Source: a virus (lineage: Duplodnaviria; Caudoviricetes). From it: a DNA stretch of 30,865 bases. A program made the translations under genes and the position numbers. The number at the start of each line of letters is the position of its first letter. Positions within the stretch are counted from its first letter, which is position 1. Positions 1-10,776 of this stretch are shown here, in pieces. The notes beneath the pieces were generated by a model. It did no database searches and was not told where the DNA came from. It was given only the letters and a program-made list of their open reading frames with translations. The stretch spans positions 1 to 30,865 of IMG/VR virus record IMGVR_UViG_3300030708_003349; one strand, 5' to 3'.

Positions 1-77
1 GGCGGAATCGGTAGACGCACCAGACTTAAAATCTGTTGGGCATTATGCCCGTGGGAGTTCAAGTCTCCCTACTCGCA
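1..77 (+). tRNA. trnL: tRNA-Leu(TAA), 5' end cut by window edge
   Basis: D-arm GGCGGAATCGGTAGACGC, anticodon arm CAGA-CTTAAAA-TCTG (TAA at 27-29), long variable arm GGGCA/TGCCC, T-loop GTTCAAG, acceptor 3' strand TACTCGCA; no encoded CCA. Confidence 0.93.
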
Positions 78-96
78 CTATATAAAGAAAAAGGAG

Positions 97-414
97 ATGT
101 CTATGTCTCAGAAATACAAAGTTAGTACTGCCTTTTGCTGGTATAACGAGGCAAGTATAATTGTGAAAATGTATTTCATAAATGAGATACCATTTACTTT
201 TGATGAAATGCCGGATGGACATCTCTATGATCAAGATTTAATCAAAGAAGCAGATAAGAATCAATCATTTGAAGCAGAAGATCTTTATAGAAATTCCAAC
301 TACTTAATCGAAGAAGAAGCACACCCATGCTTTTTCATGATGGATATTGAAAATCCACAAGATCTACCTGATGAAGCACAGGTATCATATGACGAAGAGG
401 ATCTGCTGGGATAA
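97..414 (+). CDS. Hypothetical acidic phage protein
   Basis: 105-aa ORF with AGGAG RBS upstream; start may be 103. Confidence 0.8.
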   Translation: MSMSQKYKVSTAFCWYNEASIIVKMYFINEIPFTFDEMPDGHLYDQDLIKEADKNQSFEAEDLYRNSNYLIEEEAHPCFFMMDIENPQDLPDEAQVSYDEEDLLG

Positions 415-417
415 ATA
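410..417 (+). promoter_or_regulatory. T4-like late promoter GATAAATA
   Basis: NATAAATA-type motif about 30 nt upstream of the large structural gene. Confidence 0.65.
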
Positions 418-449
418 AAACATAGAAATAGTATAGAAGCAGTAATACA

Positions 450-3400
450 ATGCCTCTGAATAAGTTAGACAATTTTATCAAGAATACTGAAGGTCGTATT
501 TTATATGTGAGTCCTTCTGATTTGGACTCTACTGATAGCATTACTAACCAAGGTAATTCCCTTGCTCGTCCCTTTAAAACCATTCAAAGGGCTCTCTTAG
601 AAGCAGCAAGATTTTCTTATTTAAGAGGTGATGATAATGATGTGACTGAGAAGACAACGATTCTTCTCATGCCAGGTGAACATGAAGTTGATAATAGACC
701 GGGTTATATTATCAGTGGTTCTGGTCCTACAGTAACTCCTCAAGGAGGACAATCTGTAAGACCAATACCACTAACATTAAATTCTAATTTTGATTTAACA
801 CAAGAGACAAATGATCTTGTAAAGTTTAATAGTATTAAGGGTGGTGTTATCATCCCTAGAGGAACGTCTATTGTTGGTCTCGACTTAAGAAAGACTAAGA
901 TTCGTCCAAAATATATTCCAAACCCACTTGACACAACAGTAGAAAGTTCTGCTATTTTTAGAGTAACTGGTGCATGTTATCTTTGGCAGTTCTCTATCTT
1001 TGATGGATATGGTGATGTTTATACACAACCCAACTCAAGTAGCACGACTACTGCTACTTTCTCTCACCACAAACTTACAGTATTTGAATATGCTGATGGT
1101 GTAAATGAGCAAGAAGGTGGATTGACAGATCTTCAAATGTATTATGGAAAACTGTCAATTGCATATGGAACTGGTAGTGCGAGAGAAATTAAAAATCCAT
1201 ATCCAGATTTGAATAGTTTTGCTCCATTAAGACCAGAATTTGAAATTGTTGGTGCATTCGGGGCAGATCCAATTCAAGTCGATACTATTAAGGCTGGAGA
1301 TGGAGTTACTCCTACTAATGTAATTACTGTACAAACCACAACACCTCATGGACTGAATGCTGGCACCCCAATTCGTATCAGTGGAGTTGGTGGTAGTACT
1401 CCTCAAGTATATAATATCTCTACCGTAGTTGTAGAGACTGATGAAAATAATGATAAAATATTTACATATCAGGTAAGTGATTCTCCATCAGGTATTCAAC
1501 CTAGCCCACCAAAAAATGGTTCGGAGAAAATTACTATTGAAACTGACACAGTATCTGGTGCCTCTCCATACATCTTTAACATCTCCTTACGATCTGTATG
1601 GGGTATGAATGGAATGCACGCCGATGGAAGCAAGGCAACTGGTTTCCGTTCAATGGTTGTTGCACAGTTTACTGGAGTATCACTTCAGAAAGATGATCGT
1701 GCATTTGTAAAGTATAATCCCACAAATAGAAACTATAGTGATGCATTATCAATAGCAAATGCACAAGGTTCCGATCTTTCTAAAGGATCTTCATCATCCG
1801 GAACTGTATATCATTTAGACTCTGAAGCAATTTATAGAAAAGGTTGGGAAACAACTCACATCAAAATTACCAATGATGCAATCTTGCAGATTGTTTCTGT
1901 GTTTGCTATTGGATATAACAAGCATTTCTCAGCAGAAAGTGGTGGTGATGCTTCAATTACCAACTCAAACTCCAACTTTGGTCAATTATCATTGATTTCT
2001 GATGGATTTAAGAAAGAAGCATTCGAGAAGGACAATAAGGCTTTCATTACCCATATCATTCCACCAAGATCAATTGTACAAACAGAAGAACCGATTGATT
2101 GGTTAAGTATCGATCTGTCTCTTGCAAATACAACAAGCAGATTATATCTTAACGGATTTAATACAGAATCAATAAAACCACCAGTACTGACACAAGGTTA
2201 TAGAGTTGGTGCGAAAGTTAATGATAGATTATTTTTAAAAGTTGCAAATGTTGAAAAATCTGCAAGCATTGTAATGAGTAATGCTACTGCAGAATCATCA
2301 TTTAGACAAGTTAATATAACTAATGTAAATGCATCTACAAATACATTTACTTCAAATGGTCATGGATTTTCTAATAAAGAAAAAGTAATTATCATCAGTG
2401 ATGATGGTGATTTGCCAGAAAACTTAAACACCAACATAGTTTATTTTGTTTCTGGTGCAACTAACAACACTTTTAAACTTGCCGCATCAGAAGCAGAATC
2501 GGTTAGTGGAGAAGAAATTTCAGTATCGGGGGGAACAAATTTAAAGGTAATTAGTAGAGTATCCGATAAAGAAGCAGGAGATGCATCTCACCCAGTGAAA
2601 TGGGATTCTGGTGTTGGTAATTGGTACATCACTGTAAGTCCAACCGGAAATACAATTGGTGCAATCAGTGGAACAGGAGCATCAGAGCCTACATTCCTTA
2701 AGAGAATTGAAGATACTAGATCACTTGACGAAAAAATTTACAAGGTAAGAGTTGTTGTTCCAAACCAATTCAGAGGTGCAAAAACTCCAGAATCTGGATT
2801 TATTCTTCAAGAGTCTAGCACCACAGGATTTAGAACAGATGCTGATGCTACTAGAAGTTCTATTAGTGTTACCAATCCAAGTTTTGGTTCTAATGGAGAT
2901 TATGATTTTGACAGAAATCCAAGATTTATTAGCACATGCTCTAGATCTAGTAACACAGTCACTGTAGTAGCAGAACTTCCTCATAACTTAAATGTTGGAG
3001 ATTCTATAAGAATTAGAAATGTACACGACTCTACTATTACAGGAGTTGGTACCTTCAATAAAGGATATAATGGAGATTACACAGTCAGTGAAGTGACTGA
3101 TGCAATGACGTTCAAATATGTAACGTCAGAAACTCCAGGAAACTTTGAGAATGATACTTCAACAAGAACTGTTGCTGAACTGCCAAGATTTGAGAGAAAT
3201 GATCTGCAAACTAATCTCTATGTTTACAGAAATGAAATCATTTCGGAGTATGATGAAACTAATAGGAATGGAGTTTATCATACATACCTCCTTAATGCAA
3301 GTAATAAAGTAACAGAAGAATTTACTGACTTAGAATACAGTCAAAATGTAACTGATCTTTATCCTCAGTTGGATAGAGATAATATTGATGATAATCCATT

Positions 3401-5927
3401 ATCAGCAAGGACGTTTGCATCTAGATCTCCTCTAGGAGATGTTTCAACAAATGATCTTAAAAAGAGTGTTACGAGAGAATCTGCTGACAAGTTATTAACT
3501 AATCTTGGAATTGGACTTACAATATCTTCAGTTTCTTCTAACCTTACTAGTGCAAACATATCTTTCGAAAGAGATCATGGACTTGCTGGTATTGTCACTT
3601 ACACTACTCTTGATGGTGGAAGTAATTACACCACAGGAACATATAATAATGTAAAACTTCTTAGTGGTGGTAACACAGGAACATGGAGAGGTGCAACTGC
3701 AAATGTTGTTGTGGATGGTAGTGGAGCTGTTACTAGTGCAGACATCGTAAGTGGTGGATCAAATAATGATGCCACAGAAGGATTATTCTTTGAGTCTGCT
3801 AGAATTGGTGTAGGTGGTAATGATGCTAGATTTAATATTGGTGCATCTGGTTGTGAAGTTGCTGTTGGTAATGTAGTCCAGTTTACCGGATCTACTACAA
3901 CTCCAGATACTTATCATAGAATTTCTTCAGTAAATTCCACAACTCAAATTTCTATTGCAAAAACTTCTGGTGATACGACTATCACTGATGATCAATATGC
4001 TATTGTCATAGGACCTTCAATTGCAATTAGTAGTGTCCTTGGTGATGTGATCACTACATCTAGTGCACATGGTTTAGTTGTTGGTAATAAAGTTAGAATT
4101 ATTGATTCTAGTAATAATAATGTTGGTGACTTTATCATTGCCAATAATACATTAACCACAGTCACTATAACAGGATTTAGTGCTGCAACTACTTCCGGAT
4201 ACATTCTGAAGCACGGAATGTCATCAAATGATGCAGTTTCTGATTCCACAGGAGAAAATCTTGATGTAAGAGGATTTACTGTATTTGATAACGATACGGC
4301 AACTTTAACACAATCAGGAAATATTAATGATAGTCTGACTACATTTAGTATTTCTAACAGTGGAATTGGAACTGCAAATAGATTCCCAATTGGATCTTAT
4401 ATTCAAATAGATAATGAGATCATGAGAGTTGCAAGCAGCACTTTCAGTGGAACAAACAGTGATAAAATCACAGTTGAACGTGGAGTATTAGCCACTACAG
4501 CATCTTCTCACGATACAAATTCTTTAATTAGAAAGGTAAGAATTCCATCAATAGAACTTAGAAGACCTTCGATTCTCCGTGCTTCTGGTCATACATTTGA
4601 ATACCTTGGATATGGTCCTGGTAACTATTCTACGGCACTTCCTCAAGTTCAGGATATAACTCTTACTGAGAGGGAAGAATTCTTGTCACAGTCTCAGGAG
4701 AGAGCCTCTGGATTGGTTGTTTATAGTGGTATGAATAACAGAGGTGACTTCTTTATTGGAAATCAGAAGAAGTCTTCTGCTACTGGTGAAGAGACTACTT
4801 TTGACACACCGATTCCAACTGTAACTGGTGAAAATCCTGCTAGATTGAGTGTCGTATTTGATGAAGTTACCGTCAAAGAAAGACTAGTAGTTGAAGGTGG
4901 AAAGTCTAATCAAATTCTTTCGCAATTTGATGGCCCAGTCAACTTCAATAGTGACATTAAAGTTGATGGAACTGCTAAGTTCTTATCAACAATAAAGTTC
5001 ACCGATGCTCAAGATAATGCATTCAAAGATCCAAATACTGGAGCAATTCAAATTGATGGTGGACTTGGAGTAGATAAGAATGTTTCTATTGGATCTTCAT
5101 TACATGTTGCAACTAATCTTGAAGTTAGTGGAAACACTCCATCCACCAACACGACTTCAGGATCATTAGTAGTTACTGGTGGTGCTGGTATTAGTGAGAA
5201 TCTTCATGTTGGAGGAGCTTTAGCTGTTGGTGGTAATTCCACATTAACAGGTGATGTGACCATGGTTGGAAATCTCGATCTAGGTGATAATGATAAGATT
5301 AGATTGGGTGATAATGATGATTTAGAGATTTATCATGATGGATCTGCCAGTTACATCAGTGATAATGGAACTGGTCCTCTAAGATTTATTTCTAATGGTG
5401 GAGGTGGAAACGGAGCATTCCTGTTCTCATCTACTGGTAGCAGAATTAACATGAGAGTATATGGAACTGATGGTAGCACTAGTGGAGTAGGTGTTGGTTT
5501 ATACTTTAATGGTTCTAGCAGCACCTCAGATGCTGCAACTGGTAAGAGACTTGAAACAAACAATGATGGTGTAACTATAACTGGAAATCTTTCAGTAACA
5601 GGAGATGTTATCGCATTTGTCTCTGACGATCGACTTAAAACAAATAAAGTTGGACTCACAAATGCTCTTGATAAAGTAAATTCATTAAGTGGGTTTACTT
5701 ATAACTTCAATGAAATTGCCGGTGCTCTTGGATTCTCAACAGAAACATCTGAAGTAGGTGTATCTGCCCAAGAAGTTCAAGCAGTTCTTCCAGAAGCAAC
5801 TAAAGAAGCACCAGTTGGAAGTGAATACATTACAGTTTCATACCACAAATTAGTTCCACTTCTGATTGAAGCAATCAAAGAACTTAGTGATAAGGTCGAT
5901 TCATTGGAACAAAGACTAAATAACTAA
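450..5927 (+). CDS. Large virion structural/tail fibre protein with C-terminal intramolecular chaperone (peptidase S74-like)
   Basis: 1825 aa, G/S/T-rich beta repeats; N-terminus RILYV..GNSLARPFKTIQRA typical of cyanophage fibres; C-terminal SDDRLK...GVSAQEVQAVLPEA...YHKLVPLLIEAIKEL coiled-coil motif. Confidence 0.88.
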   Translation: MPLNKLDNFIKNTEGRILYVSPSDLDSTDSITNQGNSLARPFKTIQRALLEAARFSYLRGDDNDVTEKTTILLMPGEHEVDNRPGYIISGSGPTVTPQGGQSVRPIPLTLNSNFDLTQETNDLVKFNSIKGGVIIPRGTSIVGLDLRKTKIRPKYIPNPLDTTVESSAIFRVTGACYLWQFSIFDGYGDVYTQPNSSSTTTATFSHHKLTVFEYADGVNEQEGGLTDLQMYYGKLSIAYGTGSAREIKNPYPDLNSFAPLRPEFEIVGAFGADPIQVDTIKAGDGVTPTNVITVQTTTPHGLNAGTPIRISGVGGSTPQVYNISTVVVETDENNDKIFTYQVSDSPSGIQPSPPKNGSEKITIETDTVSGASPYIFNISLRSVWGMNGMHADGSKATGFRSMVVAQFTGVSLQKDDRAFVKYNPTNRNYSDALSIANAQGSDLSKGSSSSGTVYHLDSEAIYRKGWETTHIKITNDAILQIVSVFAIGYNKHFSAESGGDASITNSNSNFGQLSLISDGFKKEAFEKDNKAFITHIIPPRSIVQTEEPIDWLSIDLSLANTTSRLYLNGFNTESIKPPVLTQGYRVGAKVNDRLFLKVANVEKSASIVMSNATAESSFRQVNITNVNASTNTFTSNGHGFSNKEKVIIISDDGDLPENLNTNIVYFVSGATNNTFKLAASEAESVSGEEISVSGGTNLKVISRVSDKEAGDASHPVKWDSGVGNWYITVSPTGNTIGAISGTGASEPTFLKRIEDTRSLDEKIYKVRVVVPNQFRGAKTPESGFILQESSTTGFRTDADATRSSISVTNPSFGSNGDYDFDRNPRFISTCSRSSNTVTVVAELPHNLNVGDSIRIRNVHDSTITGVGTFNKGYNGDYTVSEVTDAMTFKYVTSETPGNFENDTSTRTVAELPRFERNDLQTNLYVYRNEIISEYDETNRNGVYHTYLLNASNKVTEEFTDLEYSQNVTDLYPQLDRDNIDDNPLSARTFASRSPLGDVSTNDLKKSVTRESADKLLTNLGIGLTISSVSSNLTSANISFERDHGLAGIVTYTTLDGGSNYTTGTYNNVKLLSGGNTGTWRGATANVVVDGSGAVTSADIVSGGSNNDATEGLFFESARIGVGGNDARFNIGASGCEVAVGNVVQFTGSTTTPDTYHRISSVNSTTQISIAKTSGDTTITDDQYAIVIGPSIAISSVLGDVITTSSAHGLVVGNKVRIIDSSNNNVGDFIIANNTLTTVTITGFSAATTSGYILKHGMSSNDAVSDSTGENLDVRGFTVFDNDTATLTQSGNINDSLTTFSISNSGIGTANRFPIGSYIQIDNEIMRVASSTFSGTNSDKITVERGVLATTASSHDTNSLIRKVRIPSIELRRPSILRASGHTFEYLGYGPGNYSTALPQVQDITLTEREEFLSQSQERASGLVVYSGMNNRGDFFIGNQKKSSATGEETTFDTPIPTVTGENPARLSVVFDEVTVKERLVVEGGKSNQILSQFDGPVNFNSDIKVDGTAKFLSTIKFTDAQDNAFKDPNTGAIQIDGGLGVDKNVSIGSSLHVATNLEVSGNTPSTNTTSGSLVVTGGAGISENLHVGGALAVGGNSTLTGDVTMVGNLDLGDNDKIRLGDNDDLEIYHDGSASYISDNGTGPLRFISNGGGGNGAFLFSSTGSRINMRVYGTDGSTSGVGVGLYFNGSSSTSDAATGKRLETNNDGVTITGNLSVTGDVIAFVSDDRLKTNKVGLTNALDKVNSLSGFTYNFNEIAGALGFSTETSEVGVSAQEVQAVLPEATKEAPVGSEYITVSYHKLVPLLIEAIKELSDKVDSLEQRLNN
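5915..5922 (+). promoter_or_regulatory. T4-like late promoter ACTAAATA
   Basis: TAAATA core just upstream of ATG 5940. Confidence 0.55.
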
Positions 5928-5939
5928 AAAGTATATAAA

Positions 5940-7694
5940 ATGGCAAATTATCCCAAGTCATTTAACTTTAGGAATGGTTTACAGGTTGATAATGACAATT
6001 TTGTAGTAAATTCTGCTGGTCTTGTGGGGATAGGGACATCTTCCCCACAAGCACCAAATAAATTGGATGTTCATGGTGGAGCAAGAATTCTTGGGTTGGC
6101 AACAGTAACAACACTGGGAGTTACTGGAGTATCTACTTTTTACGACGATCTTAAAGTAGGAACTGGAATTAGTTTTGATGCTTCTGCGGGTGAAATAACT
6201 GCTACAAATGTGGTTGCAAGCACCTTCAATGGTGGTATCATTGTAGCTATTGCCACTGCCGGATGGACTTTTGAGCATGGAGGAGCAGGAATTTCAACAT
6301 TTATTAGTGTGGGTATAGGAACTACCTCAGACACTAATTATGATTTAAGAATAGGATCTGGAATATCTTTTACTGGTGATACTGGAAGTGCTTTTTACTC
6401 TGGAGTAGTAACTGCAACAACATTTGATGGAAATATTGATGCTACACATTTAACGACGGGAACAATTCCAGATGCACGTTTTCCTGCAACACTTCCTGCA
6501 GTTTCTGGTGCATCACTGACGAGTTTAAATGCAAGCAATATTTCTTCTGGAACAATTGATGCTGCAAGAGTTCCTACTCTTAACCAAAATACAACAGGAA
6601 CTGCTGCTGGTCTTTCTGGATCTCCAAATACTGTTCTCGGCGTAACAACGACTGGAAATCTTACTGCTGGATCTATTGTTGGTGCAGGACTTTCGGTAAC
6701 TTCTATCGGTATTGGAACTGCTATACCTGCTAATACATTTCAACAAAGAGAAACTGGTGCTACAGAACTTCAGGTCACAAGTGATACTTCAACCGCAAGT
6801 GTAACTGTCGGTAGAGAACCAGGAACTGCTAACACAAATAATGCAGAATTTAGATATGGTGGTGCTGTCGGATTCCCATATAGTACTGCACAATCACTTG
6901 ATTTAATCAATTATGGAACAGGTTACTTTAACTACTATCTAAGTGCTAATAATTCCAGTGCTGCGGTAGGAGATTATGTTTGGCATAAAGGATCAAATAA
7001 TGATCAGTTAATGGCTCTTACCAAAGACGGTAATTTGGGAATTGGTATTACAAATCCAACACATAAATTGGATGTTCAAGGTATTTCTACTTTTACTGGT
7101 AATGCATATTTTAGTAATAATGTTACTATTGATGGAAATTTAAATGCGACATTTGTTGGTGATGTAAAAAATCCATCAAATTCTGTCATCCTTGACGTAT
7201 CTGAGGCACAATTAAATGGTAATGTAAACACCACAAGTGGAATTTCTACATTCAAAGATGTCGAACTTTCTGGTCGAATCGGCATCGGAACAACTGCATC
7301 CTCCAATCCAGTCTCAGTAAATGAACTTACTGTTGATAGATTTATGGTCGATTCTAACGGAAAAGTTGGAGTTAGAACCGATTCAATTAATACCAATATG
7401 GAATTGGATGTTAATGGTGACATTCAAGCAAGACATGGTTTAGTTGTTGGACCAACAACAACACCAAAATGTGCTATTGACATGTCAGGTGTTGTTGATA
7501 TTGTTGCCGATGGTTCTTCTCGTGCACCCATTGCTTATATGATTCCACCAAGATTAACAACTGCCCAGAGAAATGCACTAACCGACACTGGTGGTAATGC
7601 ACTTAGCTCTGATGAAGCAGGTGCTACAATATACAATACAGATACCAACAAACTTCAAGTTTGGAATGGTACAACCTGGAACGATTGCTTCTAA
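5940..7694 (+). CDS. Tail fibre-like protein
   Basis: Repeated (V/I)GIGT motifs, GISTF repeats, C-terminal PPRLTTAQRNAL...IYNTDTNKLQVWNGTTW fibre motif. Confidence 0.82.
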   Translation: MANYPKSFNFRNGLQVDNDNFVVNSAGLVGIGTSSPQAPNKLDVHGGARILGLATVTTLGVTGVSTFYDDLKVGTGISFDASAGEITATNVVASTFNGGIIVAIATAGWTFEHGGAGISTFISVGIGTTSDTNYDLRIGSGISFTGDTGSAFYSGVVTATTFDGNIDATHLTTGTIPDARFPATLPAVSGASLTSLNASNISSGTIDAARVPTLNQNTTGTAAGLSGSPNTVLGVTTTGNLTAGSIVGAGLSVTSIGIGTAIPANTFQQRETGATELQVTSDTSTASVTVGREPGTANTNNAEFRYGGAVGFPYSTAQSLDLINYGTGYFNYYLSANNSSAAVGDYVWHKGSNNDQLMALTKDGNLGIGITNPTHKLDVQGISTFTGNAYFSNNVTIDGNLNATFVGDVKNPSNSVILDVSEAQLNGNVNTTSGISTFKDVELSGRIGIGTTASSNPVSVNELTVDRFMVDSNGKVGVRTDSINTNMELDVNGDIQARHGLVVGPTTTPKCAIDMSGVVDIVADGSSRAPIAYMIPPRLTTAQRNALTDTGGNALSSDEAGATIYNTDTNKLQVWNGTTWNDCF

Positions 7695-7700
7695 GAACTT

Positions 7701-8705
7701 ATGACTATTAAAAATTCAGGATCGTCATTATCATTCACTGAGATTTCTAATGAGTTTGGACAACCACCTGGTAAAAATATAGGTGCATATCGTGTTAGTC
7801 AAAATGTAGGTTCATTATCAAATTTGCCTCTGGATAGTGGTATTCCACAATCAGGACAAATTGCATTTAGTGATTTTTACGGAAAAAGACTTAATAATGT
7901 TGTAGATTGTCATAGTTCTGGAGGGTCTACAGTAAATGCCAAGAGTAGATATAATAATGGAAATGTTACTGTTATTGGTGGGTTTAGGTCTAAAAAGGAT
8001 TCAAATAGTAAAATCATTATTAATGTCAATGCAACATTTAAATCAGACAAAGATTCTGTTCAAAAATGTGCATTAAGAACTGGAACTTATGGTTCTAACG
8101 TTATTTTAAGAGTTGATGTTGGTAGTAATGGACAAATTTTTGGTGCCGGTGGTGATGGTGGTGATGGATCTGATGGTACTGGCAGTGGAGAAAGTGGTAA
8201 AACTGGAACCAGTGGATTGGGTATAGATCAAGAGTCAGAAGGTGGAGCAAGTGTAGTTATCAATAATAGTGGTTTAATCTCTGCCGGTTTTGGTGGTGGG
8301 GGTGGTGGAGGCGGTGCCTATGATTATGATAAAAATAGTAGCAGAACAGCCTCTGGTGGTGGAGGAGGTGGTGGAGCAGGAAATCCTGCTGGTAAAGGAG
8401 GTAATGGTGGAGAAGAAGGTTCTGATGGTTCTGATGGTGGTGACGGTGGTTCCAATTCTGCTGGAGCAGGTGGTGAAGGTGGCAATAATGACGGAGAAGC
8501 AGTAGGTGGTGAAGGTGGAACTGGAGGAAAATTTGGAGAGAGTGCAAACGATGGAGGAAATGGTTCGGGTGGAGAAGAATCGGGAGGTGAAGGTGGATCT
8601 GGTGGTGGAGATGGTGCTGCTATAAGAAGAGCAAGTGGTGTTTCGATATCAGTAGTAAATAACGGAACAATTAGAGGATCTACGAGTGCTAGTGGAGTTT
8701 CATAA
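7701..8705 (+). CDS. Glycine-rich tail-tip adhesin (T-even gp38-like architecture)
   Basis: N-terminal SLSFTEISNEFG and SGQIAFSDFYG motifs followed by GAGGDGG, INNSGLISAGFGGGGGGG and polyglycine stretches; directly follows fibre genes. Confidence 0.7.
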   Translation: MTIKNSGSSLSFTEISNEFGQPPGKNIGAYRVSQNVGSLSNLPLDSGIPQSGQIAFSDFYGKRLNNVVDCHSSGGSTVNAKSRYNNGNVTVIGGFRSKKDSNSKIIINVNATFKSDKDSVQKCALRTGTYGSNVILRVDVGSNGQIFGAGGDGGDGSDGTGSGESGKTGTSGLGIDQESEGGASVVINNSGLISAGFGGGGGGGGAYDYDKNSSRTASGGGGGGGAGNPAGKGGNGGEEGSDGSDGGDGGSNSAGAGGEGGNNDGEAVGGEGGTGGKFGESANDGGNGSGGEESGGEGGSGGGDGAAIRRASGVSISVVNNGTIRGSTSASGVS

Positions 8706-8708
8706 ATA
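8701..8708 (+). promoter_or_regulatory. T4-like late promoter CATAAATA
   Basis: NATAAATA overlapping the adhesin stop, 20 nt before ATG 8729. Confidence 0.6.
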
Positions 8709-8728
8709 AGGTAACTAAACTTTTCGTT

Positions 8729-9307
8729 ATGGCATTTGAGTCTGATTTGATTAGAAGATATCGTGGTGCATTTTCGAAAAAAGAGTGTAAGGAAATAATA
8801 GATTATATCAATTTTTTCGAGGATAATCACATTTTGTCATATGACAAAAGTAATTTACATAAAGAAGATCATAAAACAGTTAATGTTACACATGATTATG
8901 ATTTTGTGGGATCAAGTAAACTGTCTTCAATGGTATTTCCAGGATTCAAACCATGTTTGGAGGAATATCTAGAAGCATTCAGTGTTTTGGGACAGAGAAA
9001 ATTTTTATTACATGACTTGAAACTGAAAAAAATACCTCCAGGTGGTGGATTTCATGCGTGGCACTACGAGAATGGTGCATTGTCTGTTGCACCAAGACAA
9101 TTTGTCGTTCAATTATATTTGAATGATGACTTTGAAGGTGGTGAGACGGAATTTTTATATCAACAGAGAAGAGAAGAAGCAATAGCAGGAGATGTTATCA
9201 TGTTTCCCGCTTCATTTACACATACACACAGAGGAAATCCACCTTTAGGTGCAACAAAATACATAGCAACATCATGGGGGATCATACAAGATGAAGGTAA
9301 TATTTAA
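8729..9307 (+). CDS. 2OG-Fe(II) oxygenase (prolyl 4-hydroxylase-like)
   Basis: WHYE (HxE), YLNDDFEGGETEF, FPASFTHTHRG, KYIATSW motifs. Confidence 0.9.
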   Translation: MAFESDLIRRYRGAFSKKECKEIIDYINFFEDNHILSYDKSNLHKEDHKTVNVTHDYDFVGSSKLSSMVFPGFKPCLEEYLEAFSVLGQRKFLLHDLKLKKIPPGGGFHAWHYENGALSVAPRQFVVQLYLNDDFEGGETEFLYQQRREEAIAGDVIMFPASFTHTHRGNPPLGATKYIATSWGIIQDEGNI

Positions 9308-9641
9308 AATAGTTGCATATTACCCTGATGAGGATAGGATCGAGGTAAAATTTTGCGATGAAAAATCAAACATTCCAATCGATCATTATAACGAATATTC
9401 TATAAACTGTTGTGATCTGGAAACGAGTGATCCAGATCTTTTCTCAGACTCTTTAATTAGAAAATATGGATTGAACATAGTTGAAAATCAAATAAATAAA
9501 CGACCAACAAATTCATATAATCTTTCAGAATCTATATGCTCTGATGAACTAAACTTGAACGATTTGGTGGGTAAAGTTATAGAGGGTAAGTATTTTTCTA
9601 GACCTAGATATCCAATTAAAATGAAAAGGATTGATTTATGA
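9291..9641 (+). CDS. Hypothetical protein
   Basis: 116-aa ORF overlapping both neighbours in an operon. Confidence 0.75.
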   Translation: MKVIFKIVAYYPDEDRIEVKFCDEKSNIPIDHYNEYSINCCDLETSDPDLFSDSLIRKYGLNIVENQINKRPTNSYNLSESICSDELNLNDLVGKVIEGKYFSRPRYPIKMKRIDL

Positions 9642-10105
9642 CTATTAAAAGATTTTTTAAAAAATGCGAAGAGTTTACAATATGCTCAGAAATTGGTGAT
9701 GCTGGAGATTATTTCCTGGACGGGTATCCAGATAACTACACAATTTACCATATTCTGTTGAAAGGTAGTGGGAAATTAGGTGCTCCATATGAATCAGAGT
9801 ATCTTGAGGATGGTCCATACGTGCTAGTGAATACGAAACAATATCTTTATAAACAAAGGATTTACTATGGATCAGAAGATTTTCATATTGTTGGATTCAA
9901 TCCACTAAGACCTGAACATGATTGGGATGGAAAATTGGTAACAGAATCTTTTACAGGAGATAATAAAAGTTGGTTGATATGTTTTGATGGTAATCCTATC
10001 GTAAATGGAAAAAAATTAAGTAGATGGGACTATGCAAAACTAGAAACTAAAGAATATGATGTTCAACTAGATGGTGGATGTCTTGGTTTATTTACTAGAT
10101 TATGA
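9638..10105 (+). CDS. Hypothetical protein (possibly cupin-like beta fold)
   Basis: 155 aa, ATGA coupling at both ends; ILLKGSGKL and ICFDGNPIVNG beta-strand patterns. Confidence 0.75.
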   Translation: MTIKRFFKKCEEFTICSEIGDAGDYFLDGYPDNYTIYHILLKGSGKLGAPYESEYLEDGPYVLVNTKQYLYKQRIYYGSEDFHIVGFNPLRPEHDWDGKLVTESFTGDNKSWLICFDGNPIVNGKKLSRWDYAKLETKEYDVQLDGGCLGLFTRL

Positions 10106-10722
10106 TGGAAAATATCGAAGCCGAAGTATTTTCTGACCCATTCCCTCATGTAATTTTTCATAATTTTTACAACAGACATGAACTAGATTTAATTTGGGAA
10201 GAACTAGATTTTTATACTAGACCTGGGAAATTTTTAGAAGCAAAAGATTTTGGTGGAGTAGTCGATAAAACTAATTCACATGCGTTGCTACTAGATGACA
10301 TCTATAAAGATAAACATAGAAAATTATCAAACATTCTAACTGTCAACAGGAAAGTGTTTGATAGTTCTGTTTTGGAAACTTTTGCAACGGCACATGATTG
10401 TTGCTCTATTGCTCCATATTCTAATTGGGATTGCACCAAAACGAGATACTATCATAATGATGAATATTATGAACCACACACTGATAAATCTATGCAGTTT
10501 CTTGCTTTTTCATATTTTCACAAAGAACCTAAAAAGTTTAGTGGTGGTGATTTAATTTTTCCAAAGTATGATTATAAGTTTGAATGTCCAAATAATTCAC
10601 TTATCATGATGCCAGGATGGGTAGAACATGGAGTGTCAAAAGTCAAAATAGAAGACTCGGAATATTATGATGGTTATGGTAGATATTCTATCACATCTTT
10701 CTTCGGAAATAAAAAAGCTTGA
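10102..10722 (+). CDS. 2OG-Fe(II) oxygenase
   Basis: PFPHVIFHNFY, YYEPHTD (HxD), GGDLIF, HGV, GRYSIT motifs. Confidence 0.9.
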   Translation: MMENIEAEVFSDPFPHVIFHNFYNRHELDLIWEELDFYTRPGKFLEAKDFGGVVDKTNSHALLLDDIYKDKHRKLSNILTVNRKVFDSSVLETFATAHDCCSIAPYSNWDCTKTRYYHNDEYYEPHTDKSMQFLAFSYFHKEPKKFSGGDLIFPKYDYKFECPNNSLIMMPGWVEHGVSKVKIEDSEYYDGYGRYSITSFFGNKKA

Positions 10723-10747
10723 CACAATGTCGAAATCTATGTAGACT
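10719..10747 (+). promoter_or_regulatory. Sigma70-type promoter TTGACA-N17-TAGACT
   Basis: -35 at 10719-10724, extended -10 at 10742-10747. Confidence 0.75.
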
Positions 10748-10776
10748 ACCTTTGTCTGGGTTGAAGATCGCAGTAT

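Noticed and set aside
450-8705. Diversity-generating retroelement or invertible segment targeting the fibre genes
   Set aside because: No reverse transcriptase, invertase or template/variable repeat pair seen in the window
8260-8830. Pro-rich and His-rich minus-strand ORFs
   Set aside because: Antisense shadows of the GGT/GGA-rich adhesin codons
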